Shown: piece by piece, positions 26,890 to 35,859 of the stretch
How the letters are laid out: each line of letters opens with the position of its first letter
How positions within the stretch are numbered: position 1 is the stretch's first letter
Virus record (IMG/VR): IMGVR_UViG_3300026488_000025
Location: 1-64,000 of that record
Direction: 5' to 3' (one strand)
Origin: a virus
Length of the DNA stretch: 64,000 nucleotides
Notes under the pieces: model-generated
What the model saw: the letters and a program-made list of their open reading frames with translations, nothing else
The model's database searches: none
Told to the model about the DNA's origin: nothing
Program-made: the position numbers and the translations under genes

Positions 26890-28079
26890 ATATGTACTCC
26901 GTTACTGTTTAATATTTTCCTCATATCTGCTGATGATATTTTCTCGAAATTCTTGATATAAGCTTCTTTGATTTTAATTTTCTCTTCTGCTTCAGTCTGT
27001 TTTAATGCTTCACCTAAAGGTCCTGATTTTCTAATAACTGCAGACCTGATTTCAGAATCTACGGCTATTGTATCGAAAATTTCATTAATTTCTATATCGA
27101 ATAGACTGTCTAGCATACTAAACATACCTACCATATATCCCTTCTCAGGTGATTCTGGATAGTGTCTTGCCATTTCTTCAGCTCTATCTATTGTGGCTTC
27201 AAGAACATTATTCGATAGAGCTTCACCTTCTACTTCTGCGAACAAGAAAATCAGTAACCACTGCGATAACGGATTTCTACCTATCATTGTTATTGCTTGT
27301 GAGATTGTAGAAATCTTTTTCGTGAATTCTTGTTGGTTATTCACAAATTTCAATATATTATATACTAGCTCTGGTCGTGTTTTAATATACTCTTCGATTT
27401 GTGTAGTACTAGCATCTTGTTTCAGTAAGACCATTAGCTGTAGAATAATAACCCGCGTGGCATCTTTGATGCTCTTACAAGTCTTAATCTCAGGTTTACC
27501 AATATAGTATCCCTGGAAATATTCAAAACCAAAATCTATATATTTTTTGTAGTCTTCTACTGTCTCAATCTTCTCTGCTAATAGCGTAATACCCATCTTT
27601 TTAAATTTAGGTATCAGTTTTACGAGATTTTCTTCGTTTACTGTCTGAATATCTATTTTCAATATGTTCACATACTTCCATAATGGATTAAATTGCTTAA
27701 GCATTTCTGAAGAAGCATCAAAATCATCAACGGCTATAATAAAACCTGCTTGTTTTAGTAAACGGACTTTCGAAACTACTTCGGGTGTAACATCTATTGT
27801 TTCAAGTAGTTCTATAACATATTTGTCATAATCGAGCATATCAAGTATATCGTGCTGTAGCATTTCTTCATCCACATTTAAGAAACCTAATCGGTCTTCT
27901 AATACATTATCTATGTTTAAATGAGTCAAAAGATTAAATAAGACTTTTGATGTTGCTGCTATATTAGACGGAAAATCATCGATGCCCCGAGGATTATCTC
28001 GATATAATAATTCATAACCTATTAATTTTCCGTGTAGGTTCTTAATAGGTTGTCGTGCTATAAAGACATCTGTAGCCAT
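26886..28079 (-). CDS. EAL-HDOD c-di-GMP phosphodiesterase (YuxH/PdeH type)
   Basis: ARQPI, YELLYR, FLNV, IELLE, AVDDF, LKID, AEKIE, FQGY, followed by an HDOD helical domain. Likely start 28079. Confidence 0.85.
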   Translation of the reverse strand: MATDVFIARQPIKNLHGKLIGYELLYRDNPRGIDDFPSNIAATSKVLFNLLTHLNIDNVLEDRLGFLNVDEEMLQHDILDMLDYDKYVIELLETIDVTPEVVSKVRLLKQAGFIIAVDDFDASSEMLKQFNPLWKYVNILKIDIQTVNEENLVKLIPKFKKMGITLLAEKIETVEDYKKYIDFGFEYFQGYYIGKPEIKTCKSIKDATRVIILQLMVLLKQDASTTQIEEYIKTRPELVYNILKFVNNQQEFTKKISTISQAITMIGRNPLSQWLLIFLFAEVEGEALSNNVLEATIDRAEEMARHYPESPEKGYMVGMFSMLDSLFDIEINEIFDTIAVDSEIRSAVIRKSGPLGEALKQTEAEEKIKIKEAYIKNFEKISSADMRKILNSNGVHI

Positions 28080-28104
28080 AGTGACCTCGTTTTGTGAGTA
28101 TTTA

Positions 28105-28869
28105 TCAAAAAGACAAACCGTTCGGTACAAGGTTTAAAATATCTACATCATCTACCTCTCCCGAACAATGACCAAATTCCTTGAATGAGCAATAACCACA
28201 TAAAGGTGAGACTTTTTTAGGATATCTCTCCCCATTCTCACAAGATTTTGTATCGGCATATAAATCTTTAATAAGCTGTGTTAAATCTTTTCTGTGGAAT
28301 GTTTCGTGTCTTTGAGTACCGTGTTCTACATAGATAAAAGCAGTCTGAACCTCGTTGATGTGTGGATATTCAGTAAATGCCCACACAGCGTATGTTTTCA
28401 TTTGGTCGTTGGTGAAAAAACGAGTATCAGTACTCTTATCTTTACCTGATTTATAGTCATCGATAAAAATCTTATCTCCTTCCCACCAGTGAACATCGAT
28501 AGCACCACGAATCCAAGAAGTTTTATCCCAATAGTCGCACGATACTAGTTTAGCATCTATGATTTTGAAAGCAAACTTTTGTTCGTTGATATAATTTTGT
28601 TTAATAATGTTAGCCCATATTGGACCTTCTTTGAATTTATTTACAGATACAAGAGCAAGTGCTTTCTCTTCTGGTGTAAATATTTTATTCGTTTTGAAAT
28701 CGGGACGGTCATCGTTGTACTCTAAACATTCGTGAATATATGAACCTTTATATAGAGCTAGATTCGGTTCGAATGGAACCTTAACCTTGTCAATGTATTG
28801 TAGTTTAAATTTCATCGGACAAGTTCTAAAACTATCTAATCTTGAATGTGAGTATGGTGAGAATTTCAT
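28105..28869 (-). CDS. PD-(D/E)XK exonuclease, Cas4/RecB-like
   Basis: YSHSRL..F..CP, RGAIDV, IDDYKSG, QMKTY and C-terminal CGYC...C (four Cys in total). Confidence 0.85.
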   Translation of the reverse strand: MKFSPYSHSRLDSFRTCPMKFKLQYIDKVKVPFEPNLALYKGSYIHECLEYNDDRPDFKTNKIFTPEEKALALVSVNKFKEGPIWANIIKQNYINEQKFAFKIIDAKLVSCDYWDKTSWIRGAIDVHWWEGDKIFIDDYKSGKDKSTDTRFFTNDQMKTYAVWAFTEYPHINEVQTAFIYVEHGTQRHETFHRKDLTQLIKDLYADTKSCENGERYPKKVSPLCGYCSFKEFGHCSGEVDDVDILNLVPNGLSF

Positions 28870-29028
28870 CTATATTTCCTTCAGTTCTTTTGTTGTTCTA
28901 TCAAATGAGAAATGTTTATTCTCTGTGTGGATGTGGACTTCTTTTTTTTCGATTTTATAATTTACGGGTCTTAATTCTGTTTCAAATCTGAAATATGATA
29001 GAATTATTTGTAGTTCATTCTCTGACAT
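28870..29028 (-). CDS. Small hypothetical protein (52 aa)
   Basis: MSENELQIILSYFRFE...; follows an early promoter and AAGGA RBS. Confidence 0.5.
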   Translation of the reverse strand: MSENELQIILSYFRFETELRPVNYKIEKKEVHIHTENKHFSFDRTTKELKEI

Positions 29029-29086
29029 AATCTTTCCTTTGTCTCTTTATATGTAATATTATAACATAAAGAACCTTAGAGGTTCC

Positions 29087-29758
29087 TTAATCTATTAGAT
29101 ATATTTTATAAGCAACGATATTTCTGTCATACCAATAGAAGCTATTCTTCCAATAAGCATATTTAAGAATAATTGAGTTTCTTTTGTCGATTTTTACCTC
29201 AAACGATGTTTTATAAAGTTCTTCGCTTTCTTGTTTCTCTTTCTCTATCCAATCTACTGAATATTTCCAAATAACATTCTTATTTTCATTAATATAACCT
29301 CCAAGAACACCATTCTTCATAATTGTTTGCTCGAGAACTCTATCATAACCATAACTAAATCTATACTGAATAGCACCTTTTAATATTGTTGGTCTTAATA
29401 CAATACCACCATTTAGTGATTCTTCATCGTATGATAATTGGTCTACATATAGTTTTTTAACTTTGCCAAATAATATTACATCTGTATATAAAACATTATA
29501 AGGGTCCATTAAGACTGTATAATCTGCTAAATAATCGATGTACTCTGTATTATTTGTTTTAGCAACATTGTATTCACCTTTAACTTTATGTGTTGTAATT
29601 CCTGCTTTGATAGCAGTTTCGAGTTTTAAATTTGTTGATTCTACTTCTGTGTGAGGTGTTGAAGATGTTGAATACCCACCCTCTCCGAATGTTTTTAAAT
29701 GTGTTACATCAAATCCTGATAAACTTAATGCTAGTAGCAATATTAGTAATGTTTTCAT
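29087..29758 (-). CDS. Putative outer-membrane beta-barrel protein (DUF481/YdiY-like)
   Basis: Signal peptide MKTLLILLLALSLSG and alternating aromatic beta-strand pattern; late promoter and RBS upstream of 29758. Confidence 0.5.
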   Translation of the reverse strand: MKTLLILLLALSLSGFDVTHLKTFGEGGYSTSSTPHTEVESTNLKLETAIKAGITTHKVKGEYNVAKTNNTEYIDYLADYTVLMDPYNVLYTDVILFGKVKKLYVDQLSYDEESLNGGIVLRPTILKGAIQYRFSYGYDRVLEQTIMKNGVLGGYINENKNVIWKYSVDWIEKEKQESEELYKTSFEVKIDKRNSIILKYAYWKNSFYWYDRNIVAYKIYLID

Positions 29759-29786
29759 TGTTTCTTCTCCTATATATTTAAGGTAT

Positions 29787-30020
29787 TTATAAGAATAGGT
29801 GTGGTTTGTCTTCTTTGATTTTGACAATTTCTTCATTTGAAATCAAAACAATATTAGCAAGACGCAAATCTTTCTCTGTTTTATGTGTCCTATATGAAAT
29901 TGTAAAGTGAAAATTTTCTTCTAACATAGATACAGCACAAGCATCTTCTTTAGAATGTTTAAGATATCCAATATAACCTTCTAAATAAACCCACCCTTCT
30001 GGAGCGTTTCGCAACATCAT
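29787..30020 (-). CDS. Hypothetical protein, C-terminal family (KPHLFL)
   Basis: Shared C-terminal motif. Confidence 0.6.
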   Translation of the reverse strand: MMLRNAPEGWVYLEGYIGYLKHSKEDACAVSMLEENFHFTISYRTHKTEKDLRLANIVLISNEEIVKIKEDKPHLFL

Positions 30021-30220
30021 AAGAAAGCATCCGGGTATGATTGCATTATCTCTTCGACTGTCTTCTTATCTACTACTTCGCCTCGACCATAATCAGAAGA
30101 GAATCCTGAAATTTTGAAATTTAATATCTGATATGAGTTCTCATTCCGTTTCTTTATGAGAATATCGGGAATTGTTATATTGTGAAATTCTTCTGATATG
30201 TCTAATAATTTTGCTGTCAT
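30017..30220 (-). CDS. Hypothetical protein, C-terminal family (YPDAFL)
   Basis: Shared C-terminal motif. Confidence 0.6.
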   Translation of the reverse strand: MTAKLLDISEEFHNITIPDILIKKRNENSYQILNFKISGFSSDYGRGEVVDKKTVEEIMQSYPDAFL

Positions 30221-30229
30221 AATATTTCC

Positions 30230-30562
30230 TTATAATAATAGGTGAGGTTTGTCTTCATAGATTTCATTCAGTCTTACTTTCATCGATTCTAATCTCTCTA
30301 ATGCGTCCACAACGGCTTCGATTTTATTTACTTGTTGTGCCATCTTATCTGTGATTTTCTCCCAACATTCTTCTTCTGATTTATATATTGCTTGAGTAGT
30401 GTATTTTTTGTCATCAGTAACATATACAAATTTCTTGGTTATTCTTATTACCTTTTCTGGAGTTAATTCACTCCAATCTCTCTCATAATCAACCATCCAC
30501 AACGGATTTGTTTCAAAATATTCTTTTATTTCGTTTCGTTTCATCTGTGCTAATGGAGTCAT
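30230..30562 (-). CDS. Hypothetical protein, C-terminal family (KPHLLL)
   Basis: Shared C-terminal motif. Confidence 0.6.
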   Translation of the reverse strand: MTPLAQMKRNEIKEYFETNPLWMVDYERDWSELTPEKVIRITKKFVYVTDDKKYTTQAIYKSEEECWEKITDKMAQQVNKIEAVVDALERLESMKVRLNEIYEDKPHLLL

Positions 30563-30571
30563 AATATTTCC

Positions 30572-30829
30572 TTATAAGAATAAATGAGGTTGATTCATCT
30601 GAATAGTTTCAACCTCATCAGTACTAAGAATTTCTATACCCATCTGTGAAATTGAATGAGGTGAATTACCGCTGTCGTGCCATCTAATCTTGCTTGTTCC
30701 TGTCCCGCCGATTATTTCATAATGCAAGTAATTAAGTCTATTTCGTACTACCCTCATAAGTAATCTATTAAACATAAAAAATGTACCTACTGGTATGACT
30801 CTAATTTCTATATTATATTTCGGTTTCAT
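30572..30829 (-). CDS. Hypothetical protein, C-terminal family (QPHLFL)
   Basis: Shared C-terminal motif. Confidence 0.6.
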   Translation of the reverse strand: MKPKYNIEIRVIPVGTFFMFNRLLMRVVRNRLNYLHYEIIGGTGTSKIRWHDSGNSPHSISQMGIEILSTDEVETIQMNQPHLFL

Positions 30830-31146
30830 ATTTTGTCTACCATTACAAATGCTACATTTTCATCAGAGAAATTTGTTAGTGCTTTCGTAAGAACTACATA
30901 ACGGCTTCTTGTTACTGTCTGTTTTCCTGACATATCTATTAAATGTTTCGTACCTGCTTTACGAGATTCATCATTCGTTATTGTTTTCTCATATTGCTCT
31001 TTCTTAACGATAATACCATATTTGTATTTCTCATCGATTTTGTTCCAATCTTTACCAGTTTCTTCGAGGCATAAAGCAACTTGCTCAGGACCCGTTAGTT
31101 TTTGTAGTTTTTTGTGTGCTTTCTTCATTGCGGTTTCAAATGTCAT
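30826..31146 (-). CDS. Thg1-like protein, C-terminal fragment
   Basis: HKKLQKLTG.EQ...LEETGKDWNKI...YKYG matches the Thg1C pattern; own promoter and RBS. Confidence 0.7.
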   Translation of the reverse strand: MTFETAMKKAHKKLQKLTGPEQVALCLEETGKDWNKIDEKYKYGIIVKKEQYEKTITNDESRKAGTKHLIDMSGKQTVTRSRYVVLTKALTNFSDENVAFVMVDKI

Positions 31147-31198
31147 TTCTTATCCTTCTTTTTGTTTATATGTAGTATTATAACATAAACTACCTTAA

Positions 31199-32053
31199 TC
31201 AACTCTTAACTGCGTACCAACCATCCAATTCTCTATTAGATTGTTTTCTTGCCTTCTTGCTATCAATCTTTTTGTTTGTTTGATATGACTTTTTGAGTAG
31301 ATACATTTCTAAATTATATTCTTCACATTTCTGCACGAAATCTCCGTGGCTTTCAAATATAAGAACATCATCCTTATTATATACAAATATTTTCAGTGCC
31401 ATACCATTTTTGTTGCCTGGTAACGAACCTAAAGACTTGTATAAATCTTTATTATTATGATAATCTTCTGAAGGCACTCTAGTTTTCACTCCAGTGGATA
31501 TAATTTCAACTGCTACTGTCCCTTTAGCTACACCCACGAAATTGCCACTATCAAAATCTTCTTTAGATATGCTTGTAGTTTCTCCGTTTATTGATACAGC
31601 TACCATACCTTTAGTATTATGTTCATACTCGCCTGTTGCAAATTCTTCTGAAGACACTCTTATATGACCTTCTTTTGTTTTGACAACTACGCTATTTCTA
31701 TTGGTATTTGCCGCTTTTATTATATCTTCTTTGGAGAACTTATATTGTAGATTATTTTCATTAACATAACCCCAGCCACCTATACCACCAACCTTTAAAT
31801 TATAGGTATCTTTTCGTTTAATAAATTCTTCTGTTACTATCTCATTTTCTTTAGCATAAGATTCTTCTTTGGTGTTGTATGCAAATATTTCTACTATTTC
31901 AAATTGAGATTTACTGTATTTTCTAATTGAATCTCCTAAATGAGAATCAGAGTTAGCGTGGCCTTTGAATCTATTCTTTAGCGTATCTTCTGTTACACCT
32001 ATGTATATTTTACAGTTTAATTTATTCGTAATTTGGTACACTTTATGTTTCAT
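31199..32053 (-). CDS. GIY-YIG homing endonuclease inserted in Thg1
   Basis: KVYQITNKLNCKIYIGVT...RF.GH, E...YNLKVGG; late promoter. Confidence 0.85.
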   Translation of the reverse strand: MKHKVYQITNKLNCKIYIGVTEDTLKNRFKGHANSDSHLGDSIRKYSKSQFEIVEIFAYNTKEESYAKENEIVTEEFIKRKDTYNLKVGGIGGWGYVNENNLQYKFSKEDIIKAANTNRNSVVVKTKEGHIRVSSEEFATGEYEHNTKGMVAVSINGETTSISKEDFDSGNFVGVAKGTVAVEIISTGVKTRVPSEDYHNNKDLYKSLGSLPGNKNGMALKIFVYNKDDVLIFESHGDFVQKCEEYNLEMYLLKKSYQTNKKIDSKKARKQSNRELDGWYAVKS

Positions 32054-32104
32054 CCCATTCTCCTAAAAGTCTATATACTACTATTTATAGAGTACGAGAT
32101 ACTG

Positions 32105-32755
32105 TTAAGAATTGGATTGTTCCATATAGTATTTTGCTAAAGTTGCTTGTGACCATAAAGATTTACTGTTTTTGATGCAATCCCTAATTCGCCACATTAC
32201 TGAATTGAATGCTTCTTCATCTGAATCAACACCATACATTCTCGTATCGAAATAAGCATTACCTACTTTATTATTTTGGATATTTAAAATATAATCAATA
32301 TCTTCCTGTTCTGTATAAGAAGTAATATTCATTTCATAATATTCATTTGCAATATCACCTAAATGTTTATTGAATCTCATTGTAGTGTAACCTGCAATCA
32401 ATGAACACATTTTTTGAACCCTACCACCATACGAGTGCTCCCATAGAGCTTTGTTAGTGCCTTTGTGATTCTCTTTAGTCATTAATGATGGAATAATAAG
32501 CGTAATCTCATCTGATTGCTGATATACACAAACTGCTTGGTATTCTTTAGCGAGGTCAAGCGATGTCAATTCAAAAGCCTTAGATAAAATATCATCAAAT
32601 GGTTTTTTGAAACCCTTAGTAAACTTAGAAAATTTATGACCATCTATACGAACGATGATATGCTTTTCTGATTCAATTCTTGTTTCATAATCAGCTTCTA
32701 AACCTTTCAGTCTTCCACCTAATGATTCTGTGTTGTTTTTGATACTTTTCTTCAT
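32105..32755 (-). CDS. Thg1-like 3'-5' tRNA guanylyltransferase, N-terminal catalytic fragment
   Basis: VRIDGHKFSKFT, YQQSDEIT, GGRVQK, FDTR and WRIRDC.KNS. Confidence 0.9.
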   Translation of the reverse strand: MKKSIKNNTESLGGRLKGLEADYETRIESEKHIIVRIDGHKFSKFTKGFKKPFDDILSKAFELTSLDLAKEYQAVCVYQQSDEITLIIPSLMTKENHKGTNKALWEHSYGGRVQKMCSLIAGYTTMRFNKHLGDIANEYYEMNITSYTEQEDIDYILNIQNNKVGNAYFDTRMYGVDSDEEAFNSVMWRIRDCIKNSKSLWSQATLAKYYMEQSNS

Positions 32756-32820
32756 CTTTCTTTCCTTCTCTCTTTATATGTAATATTATAACATAATGAA
32801 CCTTAAGGTGTACTGAACCG

Positions 32821-33204
32821 CTAGAATGGTACTTCTGATTCTACATAAGCACCCGTATCAGCATAAAATATACCAGTACTCGAACCTATATGACCTTTAC
32901 CTAAAAACTCCCAACACTCATCTATCGTATCAAAATATTTAACACCTAAATCGCTTGAATCTGCTTTATACTTTTTGTCTTTGTTCATTTCACCAAGCGT
33001 ATGTTTGTATTCGTGAACCTTATAAAACTTATCTAATGATTCGTATTTAGGTGTGTAAACTTTTGGTTCTTCTAATCTTAAACCAACGAAATAATCGTAC
33101 TTATGATATTCTTTGAGTACATCAAATACTTCTCTAGCATCTATCTGTGACCCTTGAAAAACTAAAGTGTTTTCGTTCTCTCTTTCTTCATATACTTTAT
33201 GCAT
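32821..33204 (-). CDS. Hypothetical protein
   Basis: ORF in an early cassette. Confidence 0.55.
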   Translation of the reverse strand: MHKVYEERENENTLVFQGSQIDAREVFDVLKEYHKYDYFVGLRLEEPKVYTPKYESLDKFYKVHEYKHTLGEMNKDKKYKADSSDLGVKYFDTIDECWEFLGKGHIGSSTGIFYADTGAYVESEVPF

Positions 33205-33506
33205 TATTCTTCCTCTTTAAAAAATTCTGCGAACATTTTCATAAACTCTTTATTTTCAGTAGGTGACTTATCATAACCAATAACTTCATTTTCCATACGA
33301 TAAAGTTTTCTATCAATCTTTGTAACTTCTCTTTGTAGTTCAAATCTTGTATTGTACGGGTCGTATTTTTTATTGAAACGGCTTAATTCGCCTTGACATT
33401 TAGGAATCTTTCTCATTTGTATTATTCTATCGTTACAGACATCTAAATCTTTTTGAATCTCTCTTTGTGTTTGTACCAAATATTTGTATTCTTGAACTAA
33501 ATTCAT
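33204..33506 (-). CDS. Hypothetical protein
   Basis: Early promoter and RBS upstream. Confidence 0.55.
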   Translation of the reverse strand: MNLVQEYKYLVQTQREIQKDLDVCNDRIIQMRKIPKCQGELSRFNKKYDPYNTRFELQREVTKIDRKLYRMENEVIGYDKSPTENKEFMKMFAEFFKEEE

Positions 33507-33562
33507 CTTGTTTCCTTTATCTCTCTTTATATGTAATATTATAACATAAAGAACCTTAAAGG

Positions 33563-33934
33563 CTACTGAAAATCTATTGTAGTGTCTGTTATTTGCTTTT
33601 TCGTGTTTGTTCTGTCATTTAATGCACTTTGAAATAACCCAATAACATTAACATCAACGAAATGGTCATCTGGTATATTGGTAAGGAATTCGCTAAATAG
33701 TTCATATAAATTCGTAGGGATATTTTGTTCGTGATATTCTACTCCAATATCATTGTAATAGTTTTTTATTGAGAGCATTCGTGAATTTCTGTTTAGTGGT
33801 TTTCTACTCTTTTTGTAATTCATTGGTACATCTTTCCCGAGGATTTTCATATTATTTTTCCATTTCTTAGAATTCATTCCTTCGCAATCTGCACAATCGC
33901 ACGATGCAGGATAGCTACAGCTTCGATAAATCAT
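33563..33934 (-). CDS. Hypothetical protein (possibly two short coding segments)
   Basis: ORF with a Cys-rich N-terminus. Confidence 0.45.
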   Translation of the reverse strand: MIYRSCSYPASCDCADCEGMNSKKWKNNMKILGKDVPMNYKKSRKPLNRNSRMLSIKNYYNDIGVEYHEQNIPTNLYELFSEFLTNIPDDHFVDVNVIGLFQSALNDRTNTKKQITDTTIDFQ

Positions 33935-33937
33935 TTC

Positions 33938-34162
33938 TTATCCTTTGTAACCAGTATCTTTGATTTCTTTTTGAATAGCATCAAATAATTCTGTTTCATT
34001 TCTACTAACAATAAACATCATAGAATCATCACGAAATTTAGGCCATAGATTAAAAATATACATTTCATCATTGTACCTTGGCATCATAAGTTCTTCGAAT
34101 TTATCTGCGTTTACTCTGTTACTACAATACTTAACTAATATATTTAATTCTGAAAATTCCAT
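33938..34162 (-). CDS. Hypothetical protein
   Basis: ORF with RBS. Confidence 0.55.
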   Translation of the reverse strand: MEFSELNILVKYCSNRVNADKFEELMMPRYNDEMYIFNLWPKFRDDSMMFIVSRNETELFDAIQKEIKDTGYKG

Positions 34163-34371
34163 TATCTTCTTCCTTTACTAATAGTTCTATCCATTTTATC
34201 TTCTAGCATCATTAACATATTACCAAAATAACTAATCTCATCTGGTGTTGTTGCTAAATCCAAATCTTTTTGTGTATCTTTGATTTTCTGTGTTAGTTCG
34301 TTGTAATTCATCTTGTTTCCTTTATCTCTCTTTATATGTAATATTATAACATAAAGGACCTTAAAGCTTTA

Positions 34372-34632
34372 TTAACCTATACAGACATATTCTTTTAAAT
34401 CGCCTTCCACATAAAAATGATAATCTTCATCAGCAATAATGTCCATATTACCATCAAACCGTTCTACCGAAATCCAACCATTTGGTACTTTTCTGAATCC
34501 ATTACCTTCATCATCTTTTGCTGTCACTATTTCTAAATCTTGTGGTAGTTCTTGTAGTAATGCTATCGTATCTTTTACTGTCATTATATTCCTTATATTA
34601 CTTATAAAAATAAATGTGGTTTGTTTTCGCAA
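34372..34632 (-). CDS. Small phage hypothetical protein (likely start MTVKDTI)
   Basis: MTVK..I..LQ..P...KDDEGN.F is a common phage small-protein pattern. Confidence 0.55.
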   Translation of the reverse strand: MRKQTTFIFISNIRNIMTVKDTIALLQELPQDLEIVTAKDDEGNGFRKVPNGWISVERFDGNMDIIADEDYHFYVEGDLKEYVCIG

Positions 34633-34871
34633 ATATCTTTGTATTGGCTGTTTGCTGTTTTAAGGGCTGTTCTCCATTTTTTCATTTGAACCTTAAATTT
34701 TTCTTTCGTTGTACCTTTGTTCTTAGAGGCTACTTTCTTATTGAGGTATGCAATCCTAAGCTTTAGACCTTCAAAATCTGCTTCTTCTTTTGTGCTGTAC
34801 CCTCTAGTTTCCCATTTGGATGTGCTTGTCTTGAATGGGTATTTCCAAGCATCGACAATAAATATTTCCAT
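34602..34871 (-). CDS. Hypothetical protein, C-terminal family (KPHLFL)
   Basis: Shared C-terminal motif. Confidence 0.6.
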   Translation of the reverse strand: MEIFIVDAWKYPFKTSTSKWETRGYSTKEEADFEGLKLRIAYLNKKVASKNKGTTKEKFKVQMKKWRTALKTANSQYKDICENKPHLFL

Positions 34872-35212
34872 TATTTTCTTCTTTTTCGTTCGATTTCAAA
34901 AACATCGTTACCTGAATCGATAAGCAATGTCGTGCTGTATCTGCATCGTTCTTGGTCATTGAATTTTAGAGCAACATCCCATTCTTTGATGTAGTTCTTA
35001 TTTTCTTCGTCCCAAGTAGCTATATCAATCTGAGGTACTACATTCCAGTATCCAGAATCAGTAAACTTGATTTGAAAAGTCATCTGTAAATCGCCTTTAC
35101 AATACACATAAAACTTTCTAGCTGTAGATGTATTATTGACACCAAATTCTTCTCTAATATCGCCTTCAATTTCAATCAAATCGTCGCTTGCGCCATAAAT
35201 TTGTACTTTCAT
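34871..35212 (-). CDS. Hypothetical protein (YGASDDLIEIEG family)
   Basis: Recurrent phage N-terminal motif. Confidence 0.6.
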   Translation of the reverse strand: MKVQIYGASDDLIEIEGDIREEFGVNNTSTARKFYVYCKGDLQMTFQIKFTDSGYWNVVPQIDIATWDEENKNYIKEWDVALKFNDQERCRYSTTLLIDSGNDVFEIERKRRK

Positions 35213-35215
35213 TAT

Positions 35216-35578
35216 TTATCCTTTAATCTCTAATTCTAATTGTTTGATTTCTTCTTGAAGTTTTTCTACTTTGTATTCACAAGAAGCTTTTCTTGCCTTT
35301 AGTGATGCTACTGCTTTATCTGCATCAGAAACTTTGCGTGTCTTAATATACTCTATTAGTATAGGTCTTAATGGTTCAATAGTCTTATCCATCGAATCTT
35401 CATCTACTGTGATTAATACGCAATCTGCATATATTTTAAGTAATGCATCATCTTTGTGTTGAGAAAAGTGTCTTTTGAGATAACCTAGAGTACTCCAAGT
35501 TTTACCTTTTTTAGTGAAAGTAACCCACATACCACCAGTTGAAAATTTATCATCTAAATTTTTTACTTTAATAAACAT
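35216..35578 (-). CDS. Hypothetical protein
   Basis: Early promoter upstream. Confidence 0.6.
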   Translation of the reverse strand: MFIKVKNLDDKFSTGGMWVTFTKKGKTWSTLGYLKRHFSQHKDDALLKIYADCVLITVDEDSMDKTIEPLRPILIEYIKTRKVSDADKAVASLKARKASCEYKVEKLQEEIKQLELEIKG

Positions 35579-35631
35579 TTTATATCCTTTTATATTATAT
35601 GTATTATAACATATAAGACCTTAAGGCCTTA

Positions 35632-35859
35632 TTAAGAATATATGTTTTGGTTGTATGGTTTAGGGTTGGATTTAGAGAGTTCGAGGTTCTCTTCGCTCAA
35701 GTCTATGATTACTTGGCTGTATTGTAGAAGAAGAGTGGTTAGTAGTTTTACATCATCACCCGTTGTATTTTCGAAATCGAGTTCATCGAATTCTTCTTTC
35801 ATACTACCTAAGGTAGCTTTAAGGGTATCAATGAGAGCCCTATTGATAGGGACAATCAT
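35632..35859 (-). CDS. Hypothetical protein
   Basis: ORF coupled to clpX. Confidence 0.5.
   Translation of the reverse strand: MIVPINRALIDTLKATLGSMKEEFDELDFENTTGDDVKLLTTLLLQYSQVIIDLSEENLELSKSNPKPYNQNIYS

Larger units (their letters stand above)
33502..34366 (-). repeat. Near-identical direct repeat of about 60 nt (promoter+RBS+ATG) at about 33502-33561 and 34307-34366
   Basis: ttcatcttgtttcctttatctctctttatatgtaatattataacataaag(a/g)accttaaag. Confidence 0.8.

Noticed and set aside
31147-32104. Group I intron or intein in Thg1
   Set aside because: The flanks of about 50 nt are too short for a ribozyme core, no intein terminal motifs are present, and the downstream half has its own promoter and RBS.
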